Of a stretch of DNA of 64,000 bases, positions 27,940-39,990 are shown piece after piece. The stretch is taken from NCBI RefSeq assembly GCF_037042905.1, contig NC_087245.1, forward strand, positions 39,558,001 through 39,622,000. Reading direction: 5' to 3'. The notes beneath the pieces are model-generated. The model saw nothing but the letters and a program-made list of their open reading frames with translations. It did not search any database and was not told the DNA's origin. Source of the stretch: Lytechinus pictus. Lineage: Eukaryota. A program made the position numbers and the translations under genes. Position 1 is the stretch's first letter. Each line of letters starts with the position of its first letter.

Positions 27940-30900
27940 ATATAACCATTTACAAATTTTATCAAATGGCCCTAGGGCTAGATACACTTCACAACAGAAT
28001 AAGGATTTACAACACCAAGATTAAAATCATGAGAAATACATCTCCCGTGCTGAAAATATTATCATTAAAAAATGGTGATCCCAGTTTCATTCCATCTTTC
28101 AATGAAAAGAGCTTCAAGTTTTACTTCTAAAAGGTAATCAAATCCTACAGTTCTTTGAAACTGAAAGGAGGCCCAGAATCGGCAGAACACACTCAGGAGA
28201 ACGATTTTACGTTTCACGAAGATGTGCACCTTGAGATTGGGTGGTCCTTTTCAGGACCAACACTTGCCCAAGAAAGATACACGGTGTACCGTGAAACCTA
28301 CTACACTATTCTTCTTCGCCATGGAAACCTTCAGAAGTCAGATGTGCAAGCACCTTGCGGCGAACCCCCAATGCTTATCTTCTTACTTCCCAGAGGAAAT
28401 CTTTGGGATTTGCCCTGAAATTGCTCAACCTGTCTGTGTCCAAGAAATTCTTTTAAAGATGAACATTCGATGGCCATGACACTTGACGGCTGAGGGTGTC
28501 ACTTTACACATTGATACAGCAGTAGTCGTACATTATTCAACTCAGAGACTATCAGAATGTAACGTATGCATTAGTATTCATTCTACATGTACACGTATCT
28601 CTATATGCTTACCCTCTGAATTTCAAGGATTTATTAATAATCGGCTCTGAATTGTGAGTGACCAGCCCAATATCATACTCAAATTAAAACTTTGTCGATT
28701 CAAATTTTAAAGCTGAGAAATCGAATCTTAAGAGATTTAAATGTTAATCCTTAGGATTGAATGTAATCAATATTCACAGCCAATCTACATTTAGTTTTAA
28801 AACCCTTAAAATTCAGAGTGTACAAGCTGTCATTGAAAATGAGTGAAATGAAGAATTTTAGTTACTATTGGAGTTCTTTTCCCCCATTGCAGTTCATATT
28901 GGCACTGACAAGTTGTTTTCATATCACAGATATAAATGACCTACATGTATTTTGTATCTCCATCAAATGGCAATTTTTAATTTCTTTCTGGTCATGTATT
29001 TTTGGGGCACTTTTTGTACCAGTTGAATTAAAATGTTGATGTCCTAAAAAAAAAACATTTAAAGATATTTTTTCCACTGGTACTCTAAACTTTGTCAGCA
29101 ATTCCAGAACATATTTGTTCAACTTCTACCTAGATATTCACTTTTCCTTGTCCTCACTAAGACTTTCCACATGGTGCGCCATGAACCACTTCCGCCTTTG
29201 TCCACACCGCCATGCAAACCTTCACACATCATTTGTTTGATTTGTTCAAACTTTCACTTACAAGTAGATGCATCTTTTCCCATTTTTTACTGCCTTTTAA
29301 AACAGCCTTCCATTTGGGTTCCATTTCCCTTCAAGTACATATTTTTTTTAGGTTACACATACACTGTACAGACATTACTTAGAAGAATTATTTGTTCCTG
29401 TGGTGTCTATAACCTTTATTCTCACCGTGTGTGGATGACTCAACAACTGATACTTTGAAATGTCAGGAAATACCAAAATTAGCAAAGGAAGTGAAAGAAT
29501 AGAGAAAAAACTTGAAAAGAGCAAAGATCCTGCATTTGATTACACATGTACATTAACCTCACATTGACATTCAGGAGGATCAACATGCGCTATTAAACAC
29601 GCAGTTAAACAAAGAGAAACAGCTAACAGTAACAAGTAAAATGCTTTGTTTTTTCTATCTCCAAATACATGTACATGTACATGTAAACTAAAGGACAGTA
29701 AAACACTTGATATAATATTCAAGAGCTTTTAACCAGGGATTAAAAAATCATGGACTATAAAGATGATTTCTTGAATAATTTTGCTTTACTCAATGTAATT
29801 TTGTAATATTAAACAACATTTACTTATTTTATTGGGAGGGGAAGGTTACAAAAAAAAACCCCAAAACAAACAAGACAGGCTTTACAAGTTAAAATATCCT
29901 CGCGTTTTCAATATCATTGAAGTGTTTGAGTGTGTGTGTGTGTGTAGGGGAAGACTTTTACAGCTTCCCTACAATGCAACTCAAATCACCTCCCTCTTTT
30001 TTTCTTTTGCACTACAGGACCGATTTCATACAGAAGATTGCGGTAACTGCCATCCGATGGAAACCTTGATTTTGAATGGCTGCTGAGCCCTGTTGCCATG
30101 GTAATTGCCAAGATGGCAAAGTTACCATAATTGCATAGTGAAACAGAGCCCCGGGACTTTAATATTTCTTGTTAATCTCAAGAGGTCTAGGGGTCTTCCA
30201 AGGTCATCTGAGTACATTGTTACACCATCGTGACAAGGCATCCCAAAAATCAACAATAAGGGTACAATAAGCACCAAAGGAATAGTGCTGCTTGGAAACA
30301 TGGATTGTTTGAAAGTTTCAATGAAAAAAAATTTTAAAAGTAGCTCTTGGAACACTGGAGTGGTGAAACCATAAAACAAACATGTAAAATTCAGCTGGGG
30401 AAATGATTGCAAAACGTCCATCAAAGCATCATTACTGTACATGTACATGTATGTGCGTGATGAAGATCAAACATGGTTTTAAAATCATTGCTCACTCCAA
30501 CTTCTAAAAGCTCTAGAGTTATGAAGAGAAAAGGCTTAACTAAATTTTCTGTAGTAACTAGCAATGAAAATCCCAAATCCATCCACTTATGAGCACTGAG
30601 ACTTGAATATTATAAAACCAGAAACAAAATTCTAGTCAAAAGTGGTATGATGCATATATATGAACTGTCAAATGTTCTCAACAGAGACATTACATGTACC
30701 TGTTACACATACACATACATGTAATTTTGTTCATTTCATTAAGGTCAGTGTGTGTGTGCCCACCAAGGTGTGTGAAGAATCATTATGTTGAACTACTGGC
30801 ACGAGCAGGTGAACGAGAACCCGATATGATCAATAGCAAGCTTGGATGACACTGATGAAATCTACACCAGATAGGAAGATACGACCCAATTCTATTTATT

Positions 30901-31121
30901 GGTGGGTGGGAGGATAGATGTCGATCTATCCCACTTGAATCTGGCATGCCTTGTGTGTAACTGTCAGACAAACCAGATTTATTTCAAACCCTATTCTCAA
31001 AATTAGCATGAGTATGAAGGTTGGGCATACCATGATTTATTTAGACCCATTCCCTTTTATACTTGGGATTTAATTTTGGGGTGTAAACCTCATGCATCCA
31101 GTATGGCCACCTGTATATCAA

Positions 31122-31732
31122 AGGTCAAGTCCACCCCAGAAAAATTATGATTTGAATAAATAGAAAAAAATCAAACAAGCACAACGTTTACTGAAAATTT
31201 CATCCAAATTGGATGTGAAATATTAAAGGAAGTTATGACAGTTTTAGAAAGTTTTGCTTATTTTTCACAAAGCCGGTATATACAAGACTCAGTGATATGC
31301 AAATAAGAGTCAATGATATCTCTCACTCAGTATTTCTTTTGTTTTTTATTGTTTGAATTATACAATATTTCATTTTTTTAGCAATGTGACAATAAAAACC
31401 AACTTCACTGAACCATAAACAATGAAACAATGGTAATTCTTCATGTTCAGAGAGGAACAAAACTTTTTTTCCCCAGGACAATAAGGAGAAAATCAGAATA
31501 TTTCCTATTTCATATACTAAAATACAAAACAATTAGTGAGTGGGTGATGTCATCAGTCAACTGATTTGTTTACCAACCAGGATGTGCACATTACTGTCCT
31601 GTGAAACAAAGCAAAACTTCGAAAAATCATAACTTTCTTAATTTATATCCGATTTTGATGAAATTTTCAGTGTTATGGTTGTTGGATTTTTCTCTTTTTT
31701 TCCAAATCTTTTTGTTGGGGTCGACTTGTCCT
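31122..31732. mobile_element. Kolobok-like MITE, family AGGTCAAGTCCACCCC, copy 3 (opposite orientation)
   Basis: Same TIRs; the interior is the reverse complement of copies 1 and 2; flanks are TCAA and TTAA. Confidence 0.88.
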
Positions 31733-32350
31733 TTAACTGTGGATAGATTTATATTCAGACCACCTCAATTCACCAGAATACCCGTAATGAGAACTTGTTC
31801 ATGCTAAAAAAATACCCAAATTACTTTTTGCATATACAGTATCTTGAATATTGTGAATATGGTTTTTAAAACAAATCTTTATTTATTAAAGAAATTTTCA
31901 AAATTTCCTTGAACAACAGATGAAGTGTCTAACCAATAATCAACTTCTTCTGTTACTATTACCATTTCACTATATATATAAAACAAACATACATTTCAAA
32001 GAAAATGTATAAAATTTAAAATACAAATTCCTTTCTCACACACAACAACAAACGTCAATGCTCAACCTGTTTACATGCAGAACAAGCATGTAGTGCATGC
32101 TTCACTATATTTGACAGTACAATTCAGTATCATGCATGCAAGTCCTCCGAGAAGTTAATCATAGGAATAGCAAATTGACAATAAACAGATTTCTCTCTAA
32201 TCTGTATGCATGAGTCATTTAAATCCACCCGGGTCTGGTAAGACAGAAGTTAGCAATCAATTGTACGCCTGATTTTCACAATTAATTGTACATTGATGTC
32301 AATGCAATCAATCGTAACAAGAAATGTCCTATGATGAGTGCTAACTTATA

Positions 32351-32828
32351 TGCTTTTCACACTGCACTTTTCTCCTTAACCCCGGGAAATTGGTGGGGCT
32401 AAGACCCCCCCCCCCCCCCCCAGCCCCACCAATTTTCCGGGGTTAAGGTGAGCCCACTTCGTTTTCACACTACGTTATAGCAAAGTGGGCTAGCACGGTA
32501 AATAGTACGGTACTATCTGGCCCTGAAAAAAAGCAGGGTTAGCCGGCTTATTGTGGTGCTAGCACCACAATTGCGGTGCTAAGAGATGCAGTGTGAAACG
32601 AAACTGGGCTAACGAAAAGTAGGGCTAAGCATTAGCCAATCAAAGAAGTCGAAATTGCACTATACCGTAATCGTGCTCTGTATAGTAAAATCATCAATAT
32701 TCATGAGCTGTGTGATAGTCCGGGGTTAAGGCGTTAACCCTGGCTAAGCAAATAGTATGGGGTTAAGGAAGACAGTGTGAATCCAAGAAAAAGATAGTAT
32801 GGGGTTAAGGAAGTGCAGTGTGAAAGCA
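32351..32828. mobile_element. TA-flanked MITE, TIR TGCTTTTCACACTGCA, copy 2
   Basis: Highly similar to 24355-24853. It abuts a decayed repeat (32230-32350) related to 3439-3563. Confidence 0.9.
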
Positions 32829-33353
32829 TATTAGTTGCTCCCCACAAGTTATTACTTTTTACTGCTCAGTCTGTGTTTTACATTCTTACAGTGTGTGTTT
32901 GCAGAGTAAATGAGAGAAAAATTGAAACAGGAAGTTGGGACAGAATATACAGGAAGTAATTAGTAAATAGAGTGCATGGGACATTATAAACACTCGACAA
33001 ACTTTTTTGAGGCACAAAACAAACAGGGTAAGACACGTATTGGTTTGTTCATATCCTCACAGTTGTACCCACGCAGGGCAAAGTTTAACACACATGTACA
33101 TTTATAATTAGACCAAAAGCTTCAGTCTGTATTTTGGTTGTTCCGCTGAACTGCGTTGGCTCACTCACCAATACATAGACTGAAGAGCTTGGAGGCCCAT
33201 ACGTACAGACAACGTATTAGCAGTAACGTTAGATCTAACATTCGGCGGAAACCCAATTTTCCGATCGTTTTTTTGTACATAAAATGTCACATTATGAAAA
33301 AGAAATCACATCCATATTTACGAAAAAATGTTTAAAATTCAGAAATATTGTAC

Positions 33354-33460
33354 CTTAGACCGCAGTTACCGCTAATTCCTTTCAAATGATGATCCAAACA
33401 TCGTCATCTTCGATCCTTTCGTTGGTCAACGTAAGTTGCCATCTTTGATGACGTCATCAT
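33354..33460 (-). promoter_or_regulatory. Putative Ral promoter and non-coding first exon
   Basis: Local CpG-rich patch. Palindromic CRE/ATF site TGATGACGTCATCA at 33446-33459, YY1-like AAGATGGC at 33445-33438, and donor AAG|gtacaa at 33353. The link to Ral is inferred from strand and position. Confidence 0.5.
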
Positions 33461-34269
33461 CCTTACAGACGTATTACTATATATCGCGATTTGTGCCGCT
33501 GCTTTGCGCTTGTAGATGTGCGTGCGTTCGGAACTTGTCGCTCGCATTGATTGGCCAGGATATCGAAAATTTAAACGGAAAGCCTTAATAAAAGCACAAC
33601 TCGTTGAAGGCTGCAATTTTTTCATCTCCGGCAGAAAATAAAAAAAATAAGGAATAACCCGGGAAATAACTCATCGGTAACGTATATTTTCGATATTTTA
33701 TAGAACTTACATAGTATCAAAAGAAAGATAGAGTCTAACGAAAATAGTGGGCCTTCGCATTCAAGATAATATAATGTCATTTAGAATCTAAAAGAAATTA
33801 AAATCTGGACAAAACCCGTCCTCCAAATTGCCGACCAGATTACACATGCAGGCTCGCACTAACACACTACCGTCGGTGAATGGGGATTATAGTAAAATGT
33901 CAGAAATTGTTGAATAAATCCCCAGACACGACGGTTATTCCTGTCTAATGTATAATGTGAAACAACTAAGTCACAAATTGAAGTTATCATCGGCCTAAAA
34001 ATAATGGGAGAAATGAGAAAGTTTGCTTTGGGCATCTAGCCACTTTGTCAGATCTATGAATGAAAATGACTTTAAAACATTGGTGTTAGATCCTCAATTC
34101 AAGAAACAGGTGGCATTTCTTTCTTTTTTTCAAATGGTTCAGAAAGGCTCTGTAAACTACAAAACATTGCCAATGAGTCATGCATGAATTCCCTTCCATT
34201 GCTGGTAATATGTATACGATATGTGTGCACCTGTGAAGTTTGTATCATTTTATGAAAAAAAGTCATCAG

Positions 34270-34580
34270 GGGCCGATTGCACGAAAGGGTCTTTGCAAGG
34301 ACCGTCTTTCATGTCGCCCATTTATTATGATGCGCCATGTGAAACGCATTTCAAATAAATTACCTGCAAACATATTTTATCCATCCGTTAAAGTAAACAA
34401 AATCTTTGTTTATAAAATGATGTGATATATCATTGAATTGTATACAAATTGATTTAAATGCTAGCTAACGAATTTTATTTGTTTATCATACATTTCGGAA
34501 ATATCCCGCATACAGCGCATCATAAAAGATGGGCGACACGAAAGACGGTCTTTGGAAAGACCCTTTCGTGCAATCGGCCC
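34270..34580. mobile_element. PIF/Harbinger-like MITE
   Basis: CAG|GGGCCGATTGCACGAAAGGGTCTTT ... AAAGACCCTTTCGTGCAATCGGCCC|CAG; 3-bp target duplication and TIRs of about 65 bp. Confidence 0.88.
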
Positions 34581-35299
34581 CAGAATTACCCGATTACATA
34601 GTGGAATATCAGATAATGTCTCGCATGGACATTTTCAAATTTGGGCAATTATGAGACAATCAGTTTTATCTTTTTAATACTTGAGGAGGAAATACATTGA
34701 CGATACCCTTCACTTATTTCACAGAAAGAAGAGTTAATCATTAAACTCAAATCTAACTATTAAATAAATGATTGACCAAATAAAAAAAAGAAATCTGACA
34801 TATTATTGAATTTTAACAAACAAAATACAGTTGCTCATCTTGATTAAAGATCAAAGGTCTAACAACGACCCTGACTGACTTACAACATATATTCCTGGAT
34901 GGCATTTCATATCATAAAATAAATAGTGATTTTCACAAGCTATTGTTATTATAAGCTACTGGAAATCCTTGCATCTGATTGGCTGACAATAAATAAGCAA
35001 GTGAAAATCACATACTACACATATTGTAAACACTCCACCTACAATAAAAAGGCAATTTAAACCTTAAAACAGACTGGTGTTTTATACAAGGTACAGTGCT
35101 AAAAATGTGACGATGAAAACTTGTAAAACCCCATTACATATTGTCTCCAATCATGCTCATATTGCTTTCTTCAAGTGGCAGGCAACTGAAAACTTACATT
35201 CAGTGCTATGCTCAAAGTGAAAGGATTTATTGTCTTAAAATCAGAATTTCGCTTTGTCAATCAAAAAGCCAACCTTGTGGATAAAACAATCACACATAA

Positions 35300-35715
35300 G
35301 GTGGTTTCAGACCGCCTCGAAGTTCGTCAGTTCCAGGTATTTTGTAGTGTGAAAGCAAATTACCGGGAATGCGCAATTCCCCCGAATGAAAATAGCCGCT
35401 TTCAATAGGTACTAGAACTTTCGCACAGATTCTTCCAAGGTTGCAGGTATTTTGGCAGTGTGAAAGCAAATTACAGAAACTTTAAGCCCAGTGTGTTGGT
35501 GCAGACACTGTGGGGGAGGGGGCTGCTGAGATTTTGAATCTCACACCTTGCTTGCTTATCAGACCGTAATGCGCATGCTGTAACTTCAGGAACTTATCCC
35601 GAAGAGTATGTTTTGGGGCGGTGAAAATGCATGAATAATTTACAGGTATTTCAGCCTGAAAAAAGTTTTTGTAATTTAACGGGGATTCTTGTGATCGAGG
35701 CGGTTTGAAACCACT
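35300..35715. mobile_element. TA-flanked MITE, TIR GGTGGTTTCARACCGCCTCG, copy 3 (reverse orientation, internal deletion)
   Basis: Reverse complement of 16371-16846. Confidence 0.88.
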
Positions 35716-35797
35716 TATTAATAGACTCCTAGACAAAACCTAAAGGGGTGTTGTATAATTGGCTCTGGTATCAGGAAAAAGGCAAATTTTTCAATTT

Positions 35798-36213
35798 CAA
35801 GGCAACGGGCAACACTGGCGCTGGTCCGACGGTCCCAGACCAGTAAAAATTGCTGTCAGGCCAGTAACTTTTCAGAAAAAGCCAGATTTACTGGTCATAC
35901 ATGACCAGTAAGATTATATCTAACTGATACAAAATATTTTCTTCTCTTTTGAAAATTATAAAAATGGCTCTGGCATCTCAAAAAATGGCTCTCATGAATT
36001 ATGTTGAGTGTGTGTACTATATTTTTTTTTTTGGGGGGGGTAACAATAAGCAATAAAAGACAGCAAAATAAACTCAAGTCTCTCTTATATTTTTATTTTT
36101 GGGGACCAGTAAATTTTGGGTTCGGTCCAGTCAAAAATGGAAAAAATTGATATGTACTGGTCCGACATGATCAGGTCGGACCAGTAGAAAAAAAGGGTTA
36201 GTGTGGAGCCCTG
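35798..36213. mobile_element. Decayed P/hAT-like MITE with GACCAGTA subterminal repeats
   Basis: Right end TAGTGTGGAGCCCTG resembles the TIR of 37597-39459; the left end is degenerate. Confidence 0.5.
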
Positions 36214-36406
36214 TTTTCAAGGGCTAGTTTCACAACCTGCTACATAAATATACAAGGCTCTTTTAAGCATTTTGGAGCAAAATCACCCAAGCCCCAGTAT
36301 AACTTTTTATTATCTCGGGAACTGTCTGGGAAAACAATTTTAGACAACAGTCTAAAATTAAGGCTGTTTTAGTGTGTTTATGCCGACACAGTTATTCACT
36401 GCCAAC

Positions 36407-37096
36407 GAGTGATTTCATGTACGGTGTTGAAATCTAGTGTTGAGGTGTTGGTGTTGTGACAACACCAGCAACAACACCATACTTGAAATGTTGCTGGTGT
36501 TGGGATTGACCTCAGAAAATATGACGAATTTCCGGCAGTTCATGTTGAGCGCTGAATGTCATCTGCTGAACCAAGCTTCACAGCTGATGTTGACGATCTA
36601 CCTGTAATTTCCCCTTTCACCAACACCAACCCCAGGAATTGGGAAAATCGTGATTTCAAGTTCGGTGTTGGTGATTTGAAGCCCACGAACAGATGGCAAA
36701 AAGGATGAAACATTCCCGTAAATTAGATTTTTACATTTAAGATGAGTGCAAATCATTAGAGCCTTATACATTTTAATGGACAATAATTACTCTTAGATAA
36801 GTATTCTTGACGTGGTTTTAGCCTTTGCATTCTGTACAATGAGATTTTACTGTAATTTCTCCCCGATATCAGTAACATCACTCTCGTCGTCGAGAAGTTC
36901 TTGCATAAGGTTGAGATGAACTAGCAGCACAGCGCAGAGGCGTGACGTCATAGGCTATTCGTTCCTCTGAATCCTACTTGGTGTTGAGAGCGTAAAATGG
37001 CTACTGAACTGAGCTCTAGGCCTAACACTGCTGTTAGAGCTCAGTTCAGAAGTCGTTTTACGCTCTCAACACCAAACACCGAACTTGAAATCACTC
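36407..37096. mobile_element. TIR element with GAGTGATTTC termini and an internal hairpin
   Basis: GAGTGATTTCATGTACGGTGTT ... AACACCGAACTTGAAATCACTC, an internal TIR copy at about 36650, and an empty-site paralog at 41304-41391. Confidence 0.7.
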
Positions 37097-37596
37097 ATTG
37101 ACATAACACCTTCATCAACATACAACAATAGACAATTTGACCATTCCGTATAATAGACATGCTCACTCAGAATGTTATTGTTAAAAAACTCCTCGAAAGT
37201 CGGAACAGATTCTAGATCGACTACACTACAGTCTAAGGCCAAGTAATAAAAAGATAGTAGTTGATCGTCCGGGTTTTTTGAGAGCAATGATGAGGGAGGT
37301 CCCTACTATTTGCTATCTTACTTTTTTTTTTTTTAAACAAGGAGACATTTTCTTGGCCCATTTTTTTTACATCAGTGATGAGGGAGGTCCTTACTATTTA
37401 CTACTTTTTTTGCTCTTTTTTAATGTAATGATTGTCAGGTCATGTGAGGCTCGATTTGTGTGATCAATGCATGCTCAATATTAATATATAAGTAGAAACA
37501 TATATATATATATATATAATGACTATACGAAACTGCAGTTACTGAAAAGTGCTCAACTACATGTACATATAGGAGCTTCATGTAGTATAGTAATAG

Positions 37597-39459
37597 CAAG
37601 GCTCGACATTAGCGGTGGCCCGGTGGCCCGGGGCCACCAAAAATTCACCTCGGGCAACCATTATTGATAAAATGTTAAGTTTTGGTGGCCCAATTCGGGC
37701 AACCAATAATTTTCAAAGTAGCGCAATTTTCCTCCCAATTTTGCATGCATTTATCAACTTTCTACAGCTCAAATTGCAAGCCAGTTTGTCATGCGCCCTT
37801 TTTGTTGATTTACACACAAATACACACACACAAAGTTTGCATATTAGGCCTACAGCTATAGCATACAGCAGCTATTATCCAGCCAACCGCGCCGGCCGGC
37901 TGGCGTGAGCTTTGCATGAAGCCACTGCATACAGTACAGCTGTGCTCTAGATCTAGCTCAGCCTATTCAGACTCGGGGAGCTGCGATAAAAAATGTTGCT
38001 GCTGAGAAATCTTCCACAGAACTTTAAAAATCTAAGTCAAAGTCACCTTTTACACCAATGAAATGCCCTTCTACAGTCTATATTACGAAAATCTGGTGTA
38101 CCCTGATTATTTGCAAGTATTAAGAAGAGGAATTATGACCTCTCTTTTGACTCAAAAAGACCGATTTCCACATGAATTAATACACATAAAAACACATAGG
38201 CAAGTACATCACAGTCCCACGTGTGCATTTGTATGTATGTTGATACTTGGTTTCTTTCGAAGCTGTGTATTTTCTAGCCTTAAACAAACAGACAGTTTCT
38301 TTCTTTCTTGTTTATAAATGACTTCTTAAACCACTCTTGAGAAAGTAAATACTGTGGGAAGGAATTTCATTGATATGAAATGTGATTTTTTTTCCCAACA
38401 TTTTGGCAAATATAGGGAAGGACTTTTCTCACACTTTTTTTCCAGATATATTTTTTGCCGTTTTTTTTTTTTCTTTCATTTTTTTTTACAGTGGTTAAAC
38501 CATTTATACCCCTTCCCATTGAATATGCTTGATTAAAAAATATGTTTCTACTGAAAATAAAATAATACAAACTAAAGGATATAAAAATAGAAATGTGCCA
38601 TTCCCAAAAGGTAAGTGAAAATTATTTGCTTGGCTTTTAATTATATTCCAGTCAGAATAGACTGTTGCCACAGCTGTTAAAAAATAATGTAATGGCTTCT
38701 TAATTTTCCCCTTTTCCCCAGTTTTACATTAACTTTGTTTTATTAATTTTTCTTTCATTTTCTTTTCTTTTTTCTCTCTAATTTTTTTCTTTTCTTTCTT
38801 TCTTTTTTCCCCTGTTCTTTGTTTTTTTCTTTTGTTTTATTTCACTAATTTCTTTTATCATTTTTGTTTTCTTTTTGTTATATACTTTTTGAAAATTATT
38901 TTCGTTTATCCCCCTTTTATGCATTGTTCTAATTTTGCAGCATATTTTTCGGTGATTTTCTCCTTCTATAATATGCTGCAAAAGAGAAAACAGAAATAAA
39001 CTGGATTTGGGGCATGCATAATCTAGGTTTTAGGATTCAAAGAGGAAGGAAGGAAAAACCATTGTTTTGTACATCTATCTGAGTTTGCTATGCACTATTT
39101 ATTTACTTTACCATTATCTCTATACAGAGATTTAAAAAAAAGTCCACACAACCTGCGAACAATACAATTCATTTATTCACTTTCAATCATTTCATTTTTA
39201 CAACGATAGAAACAATTATCAATTAGCAAAGTAAAATAACAGCAAACAAGGTTTACATACAAGATGTATAAAGTGAAAGTAACTTAGTGGTAGTGGCTGC
39301 AGAATTAATATTTCAGAAGTTTGTTTTATTCATTTTTAATGTTTTAAAAAAATATTTTTCGGGCCACCAAACTTTAATATCGGGCCACCAAAAAAAAGTA
39401 TTTGATGGTTTTGGTGGCCCGAACGGGCCACCACCAAAAAAAGTTAATGTGGAGCCTTG
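37597..39459. mobile_element. P-element-like non-autonomous transposon (1.86 kb)
   Basis: TIRs CAAGGCTCGACATTA / TAATGTGGAGCCTTG, 7-bp target duplication GTAATAG (37590-37596 and 39460-39466), and GGTGGCCC subterminal repeats. Confidence 0.85.
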
Positions 39460-39600
39460 GTAATAGGGTGGAGCGAGTTGCTTAGATTTTAGTTGTACAG
39501 ACTGTTTCCCCCTGAGGGTTCATCAGCAAGTTGCTGATGAACCCTCAGGGGGAAACAGTCTGTACAACTAAAATCTAAGCAACTCGCTCCACCCTATTAC
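39460..39600. repeat. Perfect inverted repeat with 70-bp arms and a 1-bp spacer (inverted pLTR-like structure)
   Basis: 39460-39529 is the exact reverse complement of 39531-39600, checked base by base. Confidence 0.97.
39529..39569 (+). ncRNA. Minimal type I hammerhead ribozyme motif (Penelope-like element type); mirror copy on the minus strand
   Basis: Stem I AGTTG (39529-39533)/CAACT (39565-39569), core CTGATGA (39534-39540), stem II CCC-tca-GGG, GAAA (39552-39555), palindromic stem III ACAG-t-CTGT, and cleavage triplet GTA ending at 39564. Confidence 0.75.
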
Positions 39601-39744
39601 TATACTATATATATATATATATATATATATAAGCATGTATTCTAGTAAAGTTTGAAGAAAGAAATACTCTGTGTTCATGTCTGTCGATATGTTGAGTACG
39701 GAGCTACAGAATGCATGGTCTGAAAAGCAGAAGCACGAGTGTTG

Positions 39745-39990
39745 GAAGTACTGACTGGAAGAAGTGAGAAGTACGGAAAATACTGACTTTACCGAAGTAC
39801 AGAAAATACTGACTTTACTGAAGTGCAGAAAATACCGACTTTCCTGAGATACTGAAAATACTGACTCGAGAGAAGATACGGAAAGTACTGAGACGGGAAA
39901 TACTGACCTTACCGAGATTCCGAGATGAGTGAGGATGCTTGAAAGTTCTGATATTACCGAGATACTGAAATTACGGAAATACTGAATGCT
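39745..39990 (+). repeat. Degenerate tandem repeat (AAATACTGACTTTACCGAAGTAC-like unit)
   Basis: Recurring aaatactgac/ttaccga motifs at roughly 20-30 bp spacing. Confidence 0.75.
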
